DNA of 64,000 nt from Candidatus Nanopelagicales bacterium (GTDB lineage: Bacteria > Actinomycetota > Actinomycetes > S36-B12), in contig JBILLS010000002.1 of the NCBI GenBank assembly GCA_044375955.1, forward strand, positions 17,690-81,689, given 5' to 3'. The position numbers were made by a program, and so were the translations under genes. Below the pieces are notes generated by a model. That model had not been told where the DNA came from. It made no database searches and saw only the letters and a list, made by a program, of their open reading frames with translations. Each line of letters opens with the position of its first letter. The first letter of the stretch is position 1. Positions 1 to 10,802 of this stretch are shown here, one piece after another.

Positions 1-690
1 GGAGTGCAAAACCACGATAGGGCGGTCTGCTGCATCTCCCGCCGGAGTAGGCGGATTCTCGTCTCGGTCGTAGGGAATTCCTATGGAAAAGTGATTGATG
101 AAGGGGCGGGTGGAAAACTGCGAAGTTGAGTAAGGAGCTCCGATTACATAGGTAGCTAGACGCTCAATTCGGCGGACCCTCGAAGCCAGCCTGCGAGCTT
201 TGCGAGCCATCTCTCGAGGGGAAGTTCCTGCCGCCTGGGCCACTTGTAGTGCGCTACCGTCGATATATGGGGGGCGCGCTTCTGATCCATGAGCCATGTT
301 CACAATTACTGGCTTCCTTAGCAATTTGATCAGCCTAAGATCAAGGTTTCCGCGAAGTAGTGTCTCGCCGAAACCAAGAATGAATGCGTCATAGCGAAGT
401 AGGGCTCGAACGGCCCAGACTGTCACGAGGACCTCTCGAATTACGGCTGAGACAAGCCTAAACGCCAATCGGTGTTCAGCGCTCGCAGAAAATGTTGGCC
501 AGTGGCGCGCCCACCGGAGAAACAAAGGATCGACTGTCTCTCCACCGAAACCAAAGGGATTCGACCAGTAGGTTATGTAGTCGTGTCTGATACCGAGATC
601 CTGGAAACCACGACTAAGCTGGCCGTAGTAGCCGGAGATCTCAAGGCGTCCCACGAGTATACGATCCTTACCACGCAGCTTCCTTGCCAT
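1..690 (-). CDS. Glycosyltransferase (GT-B/GT4-like), runs off the left edge; absent from the ORF track
   Basis: Hand translation from ATG at 690: MARKLRGKDRILVGRLEISGYYGQL...KPVIVNMAHGSEARPPY...RPIVVLHS, open to position 1. HGSE.R and vLHs motifs are typical of glycan-locus GT4-like proteins. Starts 5 nt after the stop of the upstream methyltransferase. Confidence 0.7.
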   Translation of the reverse strand, partial: MARKLRGKDRILVGRLEISGYYGQLSRGFQDLGIRHDYITYWSNPFGFGGETVDPLFLRWARHWPTFSASAEHRLAFRLVSAVIREVLVTVWAVRALLRYDAFILGFGETLLRGNLDLRLIKLLRKPVIVNMAHGSEARPPYIDGSALQVAQAAGTSPREMARKARRLASRVRRIERLATYVIGAPYSTSQFSTRPFINHFSIGIPYDRDENPPTPAGDAADRPIVVLHS

Positions 691-695
691 CGTCG

Positions 696-1430
696 CTACT
701 TTGGAAATCCGTGATCGGGTTTGCGACTGAATCCGCATACCTTTCGGGTATCAAACAACCCGCGAGACATCCAACTCGAATGTGCTGAGCAAAAATCGGC
801 GAAGGCCTCGGTACCGTCCACATCGTCGGAAATGAGCAGCCCACCGGGTTCCAGTAGCTTGGCTGCCAAGTCATACTCCATTAGTTGCCACGAGTAGGAA
901 TGATCAGAATCATGGAACCAGATGCCCACGTGATTAGAGTAGGTTTGGGCGATTCGTTGCAGTTCAGACTCAGCACTTCCGGACTTTAGAAGTACGAATT
1001 CCCAATTAGATTTTAGGGACTCGGGCACGGACTGGGAAGCTCTAGGATCCACATCGAAGGAGACGAGTCTTCCGAATCCATTCTTGTTAAGCGCCTCAAG
1101 CAATGTGCGAGTGGACAAGCCATTAGCAACGCCAGTCTCTATCACAACTTCTGGCTTCACGGCACGAACGACGTGCCATAGTGCGTCAAGGGTAGCCCCA
1201 CCCGAGTTGTACAAGACGGGAAAGGTCTTTGCCACATCATCGAGGTGAGCGGACCTATCCGCCGGATCAAATGGAAGATCGAGCGAATGCATAACATCGT
1301 CAACGGAGGTTTCGATCTCAATCCCAGCGACGAACATGGACGATAGAATTGGCCTGTAATATTCACCTATCGCTCGTTGGCCCATTAGTCCGAGTCGGAC
1401 TCGAGTCTTCACTGCTCGCACGATATTCAT
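696..1430 (-). CDS. Class I SAM-dependent methyltransferase (Methyltransf_24-like)
   Basis: VIETGVANGLST, SFDVD, FHDSDHSY and LISDD motifs. Start moved to ATG 1430 (MNIVRAV) to remove overlap with the GT8 gene. Confidence 0.85.
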   Translation of the reverse strand: MNIVRAVKTRVRLGLMGQRAIGEYYRPILSSMFVAGIEIETSVDDVMHSLDLPFDPADRSAHLDDVAKTFPVLYNSGGATLDALWHVVRAVKPEVVIETGVANGLSTRTLLEALNKNGFGRLVSFDVDPRASQSVPESLKSNWEFVLLKSGSAESELQRIAQTYSNHVGIWFHDSDHSYSWQLMEYDLAAKLLEPGGLLISDDVDGTEAFADFCSAHSSWMSRGLFDTRKVCGFSRKPDHGFPK

Positions 1431-1446
1431 CGAGACCGTCTCTCTC

Positions 1447-2412
1447 TCAGCTTCGACTAACTGACCTGATTGAGGATAGGAGCCGTCGCGCCCGCCGGGT
1501 ACCGTCCCACCTACGGTAGCGCCAATGTGCCCGCCAGTTAAGGCGACCACGTACTTCGGTCTTGGCACGGGCCCAAAACCTTGCTTCGGAAGATTCGAAG
1601 CCTAGAGTTAGGTGCTCTTCAAAGGCAGCTTCGGCACGCTTGTAGAGGACGAGTGACTCCAACATAACTGGAGTGAGTGCCTTCACCTCACTATCAACCG
1701 TAAGCCAGGGCTTCCACCAACCTGCGTAATGGACAATTGAAGCGTCTTTGAGCGGATGGCCGTACGCCGGGCGGACATTCAGTTCGGCGTTGATCGGGGC
1801 CGTTTCGCCGAGCAGTGCTGCGTTCATTAGATCTTGTTCGAGCAACTTGAATCCGAAGTTGGGGTAATTCGCCAGGAGGCCCCTCCACTTATCGGAATAT
1901 CGAGCCTGCCAAATACGAGGCTGAGCACTCAAGACCCCCGCGTTAATGTACCAGCCAGTTGGAAGATGCGGTGCCCAGGCCCGCTCGAATTCGAACATGT
2001 TGTCCTCCTTACATGCACCTATAGCAAACTCTCCGAGTGAGTTAAAGATCGAAGTCCACTCGGAAACCGCGATGAGATCGCCGTCAAGGAAAGCCACGAA
2101 AGAGTGCCTTGTGACATCGAAGTAGGCAGGCTTCATGAAAGTCATTGACGATATGTGGCGGGTTCTTGGTAAGCGGGAGGCTTCAATCGGGCAAATTACC
2201 CGAGAAAAGGACCAGTTCAGTGATTCGGCAAGTCTCTCAACGTGAGTGAGCTCTTCTTCCGAGATTACGGACTCCCAATCTTCTGGAATAGCGTAGTCCA
2301 AATGAATTGGGTCAGCTGAGTGGCAAGCAAGGGAAACCATCGCTATTGCCAATGGATAAAGAAAGTCGCTATCGCCCGTCATTGCTATGACGCGGCGCGG
2401 CGCAGACACCAT
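1447..2412 (-). CDS. Glycosyltransferase family 8
   Basis: FLDGDL (DxD), YINAGVL, EQDLMN and IVHYAGWWKPW are GT8 signature motifs. Confidence 0.88.
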   Translation of the reverse strand: MVSAPRRVIAMTGDSDFLYPLAIAMVSLACHSADPIHLDYAIPEDWESVISEEELTHVERLAESLNWSFSRVICPIEASRLPRTRHISSMTFMKPAYFDVTRHSFVAFLDGDLIAVSEWTSIFNSLGEFAIGACKEDNMFEFERAWAPHLPTGWYINAGVLSAQPRIWQARYSDKWRGLLANYPNFGFKLLEQDLMNAALLGETAPINAELNVRPAYGHPLKDASIVHYAGWWKPWLTVDSEVKALTPVMLESLVLYKRAEAAFEEHLTLGFESSEARFWARAKTEVRGRLNWRAHWRYRRWDGTRRARRLLSSIRSVSRS

Positions 2413-2525
2413 ACTCAATCTTTACCCCTTGCGATTAGAACCACTCCTGTGACCTACTCCCCAGAGCATTGCGAGGTCCCGGCTTCCAAGGAAGTCGGAT
2501 ACGATAGAGCTGACCGCGTTTTGGA

Positions 2526-4352
2526 GTGTACCCATTGCTAGCAAGCATCCGTCGTTGTCTGAACCTATTGGATTCGAGTGGGCGAATCCGTCTTTCGCTG
2601 ATCGTCATGGTGCAGGGGTTGCTGGCCCTCTTGGACCTAGTGGCCGTCGTTGGAGTAGGCGTTGTTGTCGCCGTGGCCTCAAGTGGAGGAGGGAGTACCC
2701 AGTCGCAGATGGCACTGGTGCCGGAGCAAGCCATGGCGATTGTGGCACGCGTCGGGTTGATACAACTTCTGGTTTTCGTGGGCCTCCTGTTCATCGCCAA
2801 GAGTGTTATCAGTTTCATCTTGATGCGACGCGCGTATCGATTCCTTGCAGGGCGCCAGGTCCAAGTCTCGAACTGGCTAGCTGGAGCTATCTTGAGTCGA
2901 AACTTGCTAGACATCCGAAAGCGAACTACGCAGGAGACCAGCTACGCCTTGACGCAGGGAGTCAGCGCGGCCATGATCGGCGTGCTGGGAAACGGCGTTG
3001 TGGTCATTTCAGAGTTGCTCGTCATGCTCGTCTTAGTGGGCGGCCTGTTCGTGATCAATCCCTTCGTTTCAATCTTTATAATCCTCTTCTTCGGAATCGT
3101 GGCGGTCGCAGTATTTCGCATGGTTGGAATTTGGGGCCATGAGTCAGGGTCACTTCTTGCCCAGACTGAGGTGGAGAGTACTGAGGCTGTCCAGAATCTT
3201 TTGCACACGTATCGTGAGCACTCAGTCCTTGGAAGGCGCCCGGAATTCATGAGCCGTTTCGTGGGACTTCGCTTGGTCGCGGCTCATCACCAGTCGAACA
3301 TGCAGATACTGGGCCAGGTAACTAAATATATTTTCGAATTAACTATGATAGTGGGTACTGGGTTGCTGGGGGCCTTCCTACTCCTGACAGAATCTACAGA
3401 GATTGCGATCGCGACGCTGGTGATGTTCTTGGCAGCAACTAGTCGCGTCACTCCCTCTCTCTTGAGGATGCAGCAAGCTGCTTTGAGCATGCGTGCAGCA
3501 GAAGGGATGGCAGAGCCGACGTTAGCATTCGCTTCTGAGATCAACCTGTCGCCTCACAAGGTACGGCACCCTGCAGGCCTTCGTTCCCGTGATACGGCAT
3601 TTGAAGTGGGCAAAGCATTCGAGCCATCACTGCGGCTCAAGAATGTTTCTTTCTCTTACCCGGGAAGCACGAGAAGCGCGTTGTCAGAGGCAAGCCTATT
3701 TGTTCCCGCTGGCACATCACTCGCTATCGTTGGTCCATCCGGCGCCGGAAAGTCAACTCTCGCAGATGTTCTTCTGGGACTTTTGGCACCCGACAGCGGT
3801 TCTGTACTCTTGGGTGGTCGCCCACCTGAATTGGTACTGGCCACAAGTCCGGGTCTCATTGGATACGTACCGCAAGATGTCTACTTAGTCCGTGGCACCG
3901 TTCGAGAGAACATCGGGCTGGGGTTGAGCAGTGAAAACATTGATGATGTTGCAGTATGGGAGGCGCTTCGCCTCGCTGAGTTGGAGGAGATCATTTCCGC
4001 CGCCCCCAGAGGCTTAGACACGGAAGTAGGTGAGCGGGGTGTCCGACTTAGCGGTGGACAGAGGCAACGACTCGGACTTGCCCGTGCACTATACTCAAAA
4101 CCGAACTTGTTGGTACTAGATGAGGCGACGAGCGCACTTGACTCGGAAACTGAAGCGGCGGTAACAAGGGCGCTGCAACACCTCAGTAGAGACGTAACCC
4201 GGATCGTCATCGCTCATAGACTAGCTACGGTGCGAGATTGTGATCAAGTCGCTTATCTTGAAGAGGGGAAGATTCTGGCGGTTTCCACGTTCCAAGAGGT
4301 TAGAGATTTGATTCCCCGTTTTGATTCACAGGCCGGTCTCTTGGGGCTTTGA
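2526..4352 (+). CDS. ABC transporter, fused permease and ATPase (MsbA/PglK-like glycolipid or polysaccharide exporter)
   Basis: N-terminal hydrophobic helices, Walker A GPSGAGKS, signature LSGGQRQR, Walker B LVLDEATS, IAHR switch; lies inside a glycosyltransferase cluster. Confidence 0.9.
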   Translation: MYPLLASIRRCLNLLDSSGRIRLSLIVMVQGLLALLDLVAVVGVGVVVAVASSGGGSTQSQMALVPEQAMAIVARVGLIQLLVFVGLLFIAKSVISFILMRRAYRFLAGRQVQVSNWLAGAILSRNLLDIRKRTTQETSYALTQGVSAAMIGVLGNGVVVISELLVMLVLVGGLFVINPFVSIFIILFFGIVAVAVFRMVGIWGHESGSLLAQTEVESTEAVQNLLHTYREHSVLGRRPEFMSRFVGLRLVAAHHQSNMQILGQVTKYIFELTMIVGTGLLGAFLLLTESTEIAIATLVMFLAATSRVTPSLLRMQQAALSMRAAEGMAEPTLAFASEINLSPHKVRHPAGLRSRDTAFEVGKAFEPSLRLKNVSFSYPGSTRSALSEASLFVPAGTSLAIVGPSGAGKSTLADVLLGLLAPDSGSVLLGGRPPELVLATSPGLIGYVPQDVYLVRGTVRENIGLGLSSENIDDVAVWEALRLAELEEIISAAPRGLDTEVGERGVRLSGGQRQRLGLARALYSKPNLLVLDEATSALDSETEAAVTRALQHLSRDVTRIVIAHRLATVRDCDQVAYLEEGKILAVSTFQEVRDLIPRFDSQAGLLGL

Positions 4353-5497
4353 TGCGAATAGCCATGATTCACAGCTTTTACAGAGATGGGGGGGTTTCGG
4401 GTGAGAATCGAGTGGTGCTGGATCAATTCCGAATTCTTGAAGAGGCCGGACACGTGGTCCAACTCTTCGCGCAGGAAACTTCGAAACCTACCAGCGGATG
4501 GTACCCGTTTAAGACGGGGATCTCGCTAATTACTGGGCGAGGACGAGACCCGTCTAGCGCGATCACCAAATTCAAACCCGATGTTGTTCACGTGCAAAAC
4601 CTGTTTCCAAACTTTAGTACCCAGTGGGTCAGTGACTGGCCTGGCCCCGTCGTTGCCTCAATTCACAATTTTCGATGGGGATGTTCGAACGGTACCTTTT
4701 ACCGAAACGGGTCAGTATGCGTTGAGTGTCGATCTCATGGTGACCGACGGGCAGTGCAGTATGGCTGCTACCGAAATTCGCGCACGGCAACAATTCCCGT
4801 TGCTGCAACTCGAGCCCGAGACCGAAAGAATGTTCTTGAGCGCGCGCAGGTCGTGGTCGCAACATCGGAATTAATGGCGAGACTCTTATCCTCGCTCCTT
4901 TCTGAGCATCTGCGAATTTGCGTTGTGCCCAATTTTGTGACGCAATTGGGAACCCCAATTTCACAAAAGGGAGTTACCAAGACTCCGAAAAAATGGTTGG
5001 CCGCGGGTCGCTTCACACCTGAGAAGGGATTCCTTGAATTGGTATACGACTGGCCTGGTTCTCGTGAGTTGACCTTGATTGGTGACGGTGAACAAGCGCA
5101 GGAAATTAGGAAAGTGGCGCAGGTCCGAGGAATAAGGGTTTTGGGACCTCGATCCCGAGAAGACCTCAGAGGTCTAATGATGGATGCTATTGGCCTCATC
5201 TTTCCAAGTCGCTGGTTCGAGGTTGATCCCCAGATCGTTGCGGAAGCCCTAAGCCTAGGTGTACCGGTCATTGCGTTTGGAGGTAGTGCATCGGCAGAGC
5301 TGATTGAGATTTCTGGCGCCGGATCCACCTACAGTGATCGCGAGAGCTTGCTGGAGGCACTCGATTACGTCACTCGTGAGCGGGACCAGCTGTCGAAGAC
5401 AGCCCTTGATGTAGCTAGTAAAATATGGACGCCAAGTGTCTGGCTCGATGCGATTGAGGCCGTCTATGCTCGCGCTCAGGCAACATACACCCAATGA
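4352..5497 (+). CDS. Glycosyltransferase family 4
   Basis: MRIAMIHSFY...SGENRVV, DVVHVQNLFP, GRFTPEKG, FPSRWFE...EALSLGVPVI; TGATG coupling to the ABC gene. Confidence 0.9.
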   Translation: MRIAMIHSFYRDGGVSGENRVVLDQFRILEEAGHVVQLFAQETSKPTSGWYPFKTGISLITGRGRDPSSAITKFKPDVVHVQNLFPNFSTQWVSDWPGPVVASIHNFRWGCSNGTFYRNGSVCVECRSHGDRRAVQYGCYRNSRTATIPVAATRARDRKNVLERAQVVVATSELMARLLSSLLSEHLRICVVPNFVTQLGTPISQKGVTKTPKKWLAAGRFTPEKGFLELVYDWPGSRELTLIGDGEQAQEIRKVAQVRGIRVLGPRSREDLRGLMMDAIGLIFPSRWFEVDPQIVAEALSLGVPVIAFGGSASAELIEISGAGSTYSDRESLLEALDYVTRERDQLSKTALDVASKIWTPSVWLDAIEAVYARAQATYTQ

Positions 5498-6645
5498 CTC
5501 ACCGCCTACTCATTGTACAGCCGTACATTCCTGCATATCGGGTCAACCTCTTCACGCAATTGGAAGAGAGATTGTCGGCTTTCGGTGTGGAGTTGCGAGT
5601 GGCTGCGCCTACACCCAAAGGTGCCGATAGAGCTCGCCGGGACCATGTCCCACTTGGAGCTTTACAAATTCAGGTCAATTCGAAGTCCCTTGGCATTGGG
5701 TCGAAGACATTGAATCGGCGCAGTCTTCGCACGGCGATCCTTCGATTCGATCCGCATTTTGTGATCGTGGAACAGGCAATTAAAAACCTCGAGAATTGGG
5801 AGATCTTGGCAGGGCCGCGCAACCGTTCACATCGGCAAGTAGCGATGTGGGGGCATGGGCGAACCTACTCAACGCATGAAACTGCCATCGCAAGGCAAGC
5901 CAAAAATTGGTTGACCAATCGCTCAGATTGGTTTTTCAGTTACACCAAAGAAGGAGTGACGGCCGTTACACGTCTTGGGTTTAATCCCAATCGCATTACC
6001 GTCTTGAGGAATTCCATCGATACGCAAATGCTGAGACGAGATCTTGAGTCTGTTACGCAAGATACTTTGACCGCCTTTCGCGCCGAACACGATTTAGTTC
6101 CAGGGCGAACCGCCTTGTTTCTCGGAGGGCTTGACTCGCGCAAAGGCATCCCATTCCTTTTGCGCTCGGCCGTCCTCGTGGCAGAGATGCTCCCAGAGTT
6201 TAAATTGATTGTAGCTGGCTCGGGTGACATGGAGTCAACTGTGTCAAAGGCAGCCATGCTGAATCGGGCGATAGTCCCCGTGGGTCGAGTAGACGGTCAT
6301 CGCAAGGCTCTAATGCTCCGGGCCGCCGACGCATTGCTCATTCCTGAATGGGTGGGACTAGTGGCAGTTGACTCTCTCGTGGCTGGCGTCCCCATAATGA
6401 CAACAACTCATTGTTCACACTCTCCGGAGTTTGACTACTTATCCCCGGGGAGTACTTGCTTCATCTCACCGCATAATGAGATTGAGTACGCGCGTGCTGT
6501 GGTGAGACAACTTGTTGATGAGAAGCAACTTTCGACGATAGCGAAGCGCTGCAAAGTTGAGTCATGGAACTATTCAATTGAGAATATGGCTGAGAATTTC
6601 GCTAATGGAATTCGGACTTGGAAAGATATGGCCACCGGAATGTAA
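5494..6645 (+). CDS. Glycosyltransferase family 4
   Basis: QPYIPAYR, MWGHG, FLGGLDSRKG, VGLVAVDSLVAGVP; ATGA overlap with the previous gene. Confidence 0.88.
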   Translation: MTHRLLIVQPYIPAYRVNLFTQLEERLSAFGVELRVAAPTPKGADRARRDHVPLGALQIQVNSKSLGIGSKTLNRRSLRTAILRFDPHFVIVEQAIKNLENWEILAGPRNRSHRQVAMWGHGRTYSTHETAIARQAKNWLTNRSDWFFSYTKEGVTAVTRLGFNPNRITVLRNSIDTQMLRRDLESVTQDTLTAFRAEHDLVPGRTALFLGGLDSRKGIPFLLRSAVLVAEMLPEFKLIVAGSGDMESTVSKAAMLNRAIVPVGRVDGHRKALMLRAADALLIPEWVGLVAVDSLVAGVPIMTTTHCSHSPEFDYLSPGSTCFISPHNEIEYARAVVRQLVDEKQLSTIAKRCKVESWNYSIENMAENFANGIRTWKDMATGM

Positions 6646-7453
6646 ATTCTACGCTTATTCAGCGCTAATACCTAGGGGCCTTAAGTCAAGACGGAGAGTT
6701 AAAGTGCCGGGCCATGGCAGACTAGAGGTCGCTGATAGGCGACGTAACGGAATTATTGAACTAAGCATCCAGCCCTCTCCTCTAAGGTCACAACGGATGC
6801 GAGAAGGACTGTATCGCGCAAGCAGGACCGCTCATAATTCCGACTATCGATGCCCTCAGGGCGGCGAAGGAAAATGTCAAGTACGTGATTGACAGCGATT
6901 TTCAAAGAGTCTTCATTGAATTCGGTGTGGTGCCCAGGAGCAATTCTGATGATGGCAAAAGCCTTGTCCATACAAAAAGCTTGCCGTTAGGTTTGGTTGT
7001 GCGAAACCTTTCAAGGAATGGCAGAGCAGATGCAATTCATTACCGTGCATGCAAATGGCGCCTATGCCCGCGCCATCATGGCAATTACGGAGATAGGGGA
7101 GGGATACAACTGTTTGGGACTGTACAACACTTGACGCAGTTCAAAGGAATGCGTCCGAATCGCAGGCTCCGATGAGGAATATCCATTAAGTGGTGGGTGA
7201 TGCGTCACAGACACTGACGGTATCGGCGCAAGAGCAACATTTCTCGTCTCCGATGTCATACGGATTTCCAAGAGTCGACCAGCGTGGACCCTCAGGCAAG
7301 TTGTCCATTGTTTTCACCCGGCGAAATGTGAATTGTTGACGACTATTGATTCCGGAACCGTGCGACGAGTATTGGAAAAACATCTTACGGAGGAGGGTGG
7401 TCACATAAGTCCTAAGACAGTGGATCAATGCACTCGCAGGTGTGTAAGACTTC

Positions 7454-8254
7454 TTAGTCCTCCTGGGTAATCGCGTCTTTATTGAAGTAGGACACGCAGG
7501 TCCGGCCATCAAAATATGTAGGTATATAATTCGCCTGTAGCAACTCGCAATGACCGCGTTCGAACACATCTCTTGAGTAGGCTGAGGGACGATTCAACTC
7601 ATCGTATTCGATTAGGATTTGGTCTGGCAGCCTAGGCTGCTGAATTATCTGCGGAATGACACCGCCCTCGCTGCCTTCGATGTCAAGTTTGACAACCGAG
7701 AGGCTCGCAGGATCAAGCAACGACATGAGCGTTGAGTAGTCAATGGTGTCGACTTCGATTGAGTTTCCTTGTCTCCGGTAGTCATTTTGGTAGTCGATCA
7801 GGGAGTGGGAGACGTCGCTAGGGTTGGGCGGGGCGAAGAATAATGCCTTGCCACAGCGGTCCGATAGGGCCTTTGCGATCAATTGAAATCGGTCAGGGGA
7901 TATCCCAACCAGATCGTATGAGTCAGGGGCTTGTCTGCCGTCTGAGGAATAGTTATGCTTCGCGGGCTGCCCGCATCGATTCAAAAGAGCAGAGAAATGA
8001 GTGACTGCTCGGGGTGTAGGGTCAACAATAATTACGTTAGCTTGGAAGTGGGAAGAAAACTCTACATCGAAGCTAGCGTCCTCTCCCAAGCCGCAACTCA
8101 GGAGTGTAGATTGCTGGAGGTTCTTGCTCTTGACTAGTGTCCAGCCTCCATGGTCAGACCCCAGCCGCACTAGCGGCCCGCAGTCTTCAGTAACAATGCG
8201 GGGACCAAAAATGCGACGTTTGCACGCCTTCAAGACGCGCTTTCGTATCGGCAA
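7454..8254 (-). CDS. FkbM-family methyltransferase
   Basis: LGSDHGGW, SCGLGEDASFD, DPTPRA, VKLDIEGSE and QILIEYD motifs. Confidence 0.85.
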   Translation of the reverse strand: MPIRKRVLKACKRRIFGPRIVTEDCGPLVRLGSDHGGWTLVKSKNLQQSTLLSCGLGEDASFDVEFSSHFQANVIIVDPTPRAVTHFSALLNRCGQPAKHNYSSDGRQAPDSYDLVGISPDRFQLIAKALSDRCGKALFFAPPNPSDVSHSLIDYQNDYRRQGNSIEVDTIDYSTLMSLLDPASLSVVKLDIEGSEGGVIPQIIQQPRLPDQILIEYDELNRPSAYSRDVFERGHCELLQANYIPTYFDGRTCVSYFNKDAITQED

Positions 8255-8331
8255 GTATTCACCCCGCTATCTTGCTTGAACATCAGAAGAATAGATTTGG
8301 TCGATCATGAATGGACGGCTAGTTCAGGCTC

Positions 8332-9189
8332 TCACAGACCATCGTCTGCAGTGGCTTCGCGAATGTCATCACGCGGACGGTGCGATGCTGCACCAATTCC
8401 GGCTCCTCTCGACCAGTGATTCTTTGGAAACTCCTGAAAATACCAAAAATCGCGCTGAGTGCTTCTAGCCCAATTGGCCAATTCATCCGTCGCATGAGAG
8501 TTGTCCGACAAGACAACCGACCCCAAATTCAACTTGGAGGCAACTGTCGTGTACTCAAGGTACTCGTACTCAGGACTGTGCTCCGAGTCGTGAATGAACA
8601 TATCTACGCCGAAATTCATGGCACGAAGGGCCTCAACCGAGTCAGACAAAATGCGACTTATCACCTCGCTGTACCGACCGGAAATGAGGTAGCCAGATTC
8701 GGCGTTGATGTCAATTGTGGTTAGGCGCCCCCGCCCATTGGCCAGCAATGCAGCTGCAATAACGACAGACCCAAGACCTTTATCGGTTCCAGTCTCGACA
8801 ACGTGGTCAGGTTGAAGCGCGCGAATGAGGGCGTACCATCCTGCTCGTCGCCCGATTCTGAAAGCTGGGTCCGCGAGTCGCCGCCTTGGGGACTGCTGGG
8901 TACGTTGAACAATATGTGCCTTGAGTTCCTCATTGGCCATGGCCTCGTTTATCCAAACCTCGCACTCCACTAATGAGGCGCCTGAGACAGTCGAAACCCA
9001 CCAAGCCAGGTGTCTAAGGTTGCGATCAGTCAAGTCGTATGTGAAATTTGTATGCTCTCGGCTGCGGAGCAGCCAACTTCCAGATACCCTAAGTTCACGT
9101 GAGAGGTGACCGCTCACTGCCTTGAGGCGCATCGGCAAAACTGCAACCTGAGCCAGTGGTCCGTTTGCGATACATGCCCTTAAGGTCAT
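8332..9189 (-). CDS. Class I SAM-dependent methyltransferase (Methyltransf_24-like)
   Basis: VVETGTDKGLGS, TTIDI, FIHDSEHS and VLSDNSH motifs. Confidence 0.85.
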   Translation of the reverse strand: MTLRACIANGPLAQVAVLPMRLKAVSGHLSRELRVSGSWLLRSREHTNFTYDLTDRNLRHLAWWVSTVSGASLVECEVWINEAMANEELKAHIVQRTQQSPRRRLADPAFRIGRRAGWYALIRALQPDHVVETGTDKGLGSVVIAAALLANGRGRLTTIDINAESGYLISGRYSEVISRILSDSVEALRAMNFGVDMFIHDSEHSPEYEYLEYTTVASKLNLGSVVLSDNSHATDELANWARSTQRDFWYFQEFPKNHWSRGAGIGAASHRPRDDIREATADDGL

Positions 9190-9338
9190 CGACCTTCCAA
9201 TCTCAAGACGGTTGGATCTCCTGCCCTGCCAATGTCACCGCGAAACCTCTATGTGCGAAAGCTGCTGGGTCTGTAACGAAGTTTCCGTACTCTATAGCGA
9301 AATTTTCACTCCCGAGAAGTAGGTTACCAAACTCCGAA

Positions 9339-10706
9339 TCATCTACCGGAAAGCTTCCAGAGTGTCAGACTGGAGCCAGAACAAACTGCAACGCCCGGTC
9401 GTTCCTTCGGAAGACCATTTGCTCCAATTACCAGCGCGTGTGTAGTGCTCCCATTCAACAAATCAATTGGGTTGTTCGTTCTTTCGAGCACATGTCCGCT
9501 CCATTTGGGGTCCAAAAGTGCAACGTTCTGCTCAATGCGAATTGGTCCTTCTATGGAGGTCGTGACATAAAGCCAGTGTCCGAAAATTGCGGTCTTAGAG
9601 TTGGGCTCTCCCTTTAGGCATGTGACGGCCTCTCGCACGACTTCATTTGTGCGCAAGATGAACGAAATTGAGTTCCATGTGACAAATAGGGCTACAAGAA
9701 GAGGCACAGAAACGGCCACCGCGAAAGAAAACGAGCGGGGAGTCCCTACATCTGGTAGCACTGATGCGAGGAGCAAAGCAAAAAAGAAGGCGATTGGACC
9801 CAAGTAATATGCCGTGATGCTCCACGGCACCATTTGCACGTAGTACCCTACAGCTGCAACGGTAAAAAATATGAAGTAGTCGCGGCGCCTTGGAGCAAGT
9901 TGAGTTGCAATTAGAAACCAGAGCATCGATACCGCGAGGAGTATCGTTGGCACTTCCAATATGTGACTTGCACTCCGCCACAGTTCGGGATCAAGAGGAT
10001 CCGTCTTGTACCCACCAGTGTTTAGGCCTTGGCGGCTCCACAAAACGTTAATAAGGAGGACGCCGCCGCCTGCAAGTAGGCTCGCAGTTGCGTGTCGGCG
10101 GTTTCCTTGTCGCCAGAGCAGGAGGCCGTCTGCAATCAAGACCCATGAAAAGGGTCCCTTGAATAGGGCGGCGAGTAAAAATGCACCCGACCTCATCCAG
10201 GGCTTCCGAATTGCGAGACCGAGGCCGACAAGAGCCATTCCCCCGAGCTCTTGGAGGGACAAAAGCAGCAGCCCCTCATAGAGGGCGGCAGCACCCGCGA
10301 GAAGCAATAAGAACGTCAACCAGAGACGCGCGGAAGACGCCCCACTACGCCGGAAATACAGAAGGGGGCCTATGAATGCCAGGAGTAGCATGGTAAGCCG
10401 CACTTCATGAGCCAGACCTATTGGGAGCGAATACATAAGTGGGGGGTAGATCCATGCGATAGGTCTAAACAGCCCGCTTTCCCAGTCACCCATCAATAGT
10501 TCTTGGAAGCGAATAATCACAGCCTGGGGAAACCCGTGTATCGAAATCAAGTTTTGCATGGCGAGAACTTGTCCAGGGTCATCGACGGGAGACCAAACCC
10601 ATGGGATAAAGGGCCAAATTGCCAACAGCGGGACGGAGATGACTATTACGGTGAGCCAGAATCCGTCTAGTTGTCTGCTCGGTCGAATTCTCTCTGTGTA
10701 CTTCAA
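9339..10706 (-). CDS. Polytopic membrane protein, putative GT-C glycosyltransferase
   Basis: Many hydrophobic segments; acidic pair PVDDPG after the first TM, then FRP; C-terminal soluble tail. Confidence 0.6.
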   Translation of the reverse strand: MKYTERIRPSRQLDGFWLTVIVISVPLLAIWPFIPWVWSPVDDPGQVLAMQNLISIHGFPQAVIIRFQELLMGDWESGLFRPIAWIYPPLMYSLPIGLAHEVRLTMLLLAFIGPLLYFRRSGASSARLWLTFLLLLAGAAALYEGLLLLSLQELGGMALVGLGLAIRKPWMRSGAFLLAALFKGPFSWVLIADGLLLWRQGNRRHATASLLAGGGVLLINVLWSRQGLNTGGYKTDPLDPELWRSASHILEVPTILLAVSMLWFLIATQLAPRRRDYFIFFTVAAVGYYVQMVPWSITAYYLGPIAFFFALLLASVLPDVGTPRSFSFAVAVSVPLLVALFVTWNSISFILRTNEVVREAVTCLKGEPNSKTAIFGHWLYVTTSIEGPIRIEQNVALLDPKWSGHVLERTNNPIDLLNGSTTHALVIGANGLPKERPGVAVCSGSSLTLWKLSGR

Positions 10707-10802
10707 TTTACGCCTACAATCTGACTCTCGACAGCATAGCTCTTCGTGGGTGCCTCACTGCCTATCATCTCTAAACGAACCTGTGAGGGAAAGTACAGTT
10801 CA

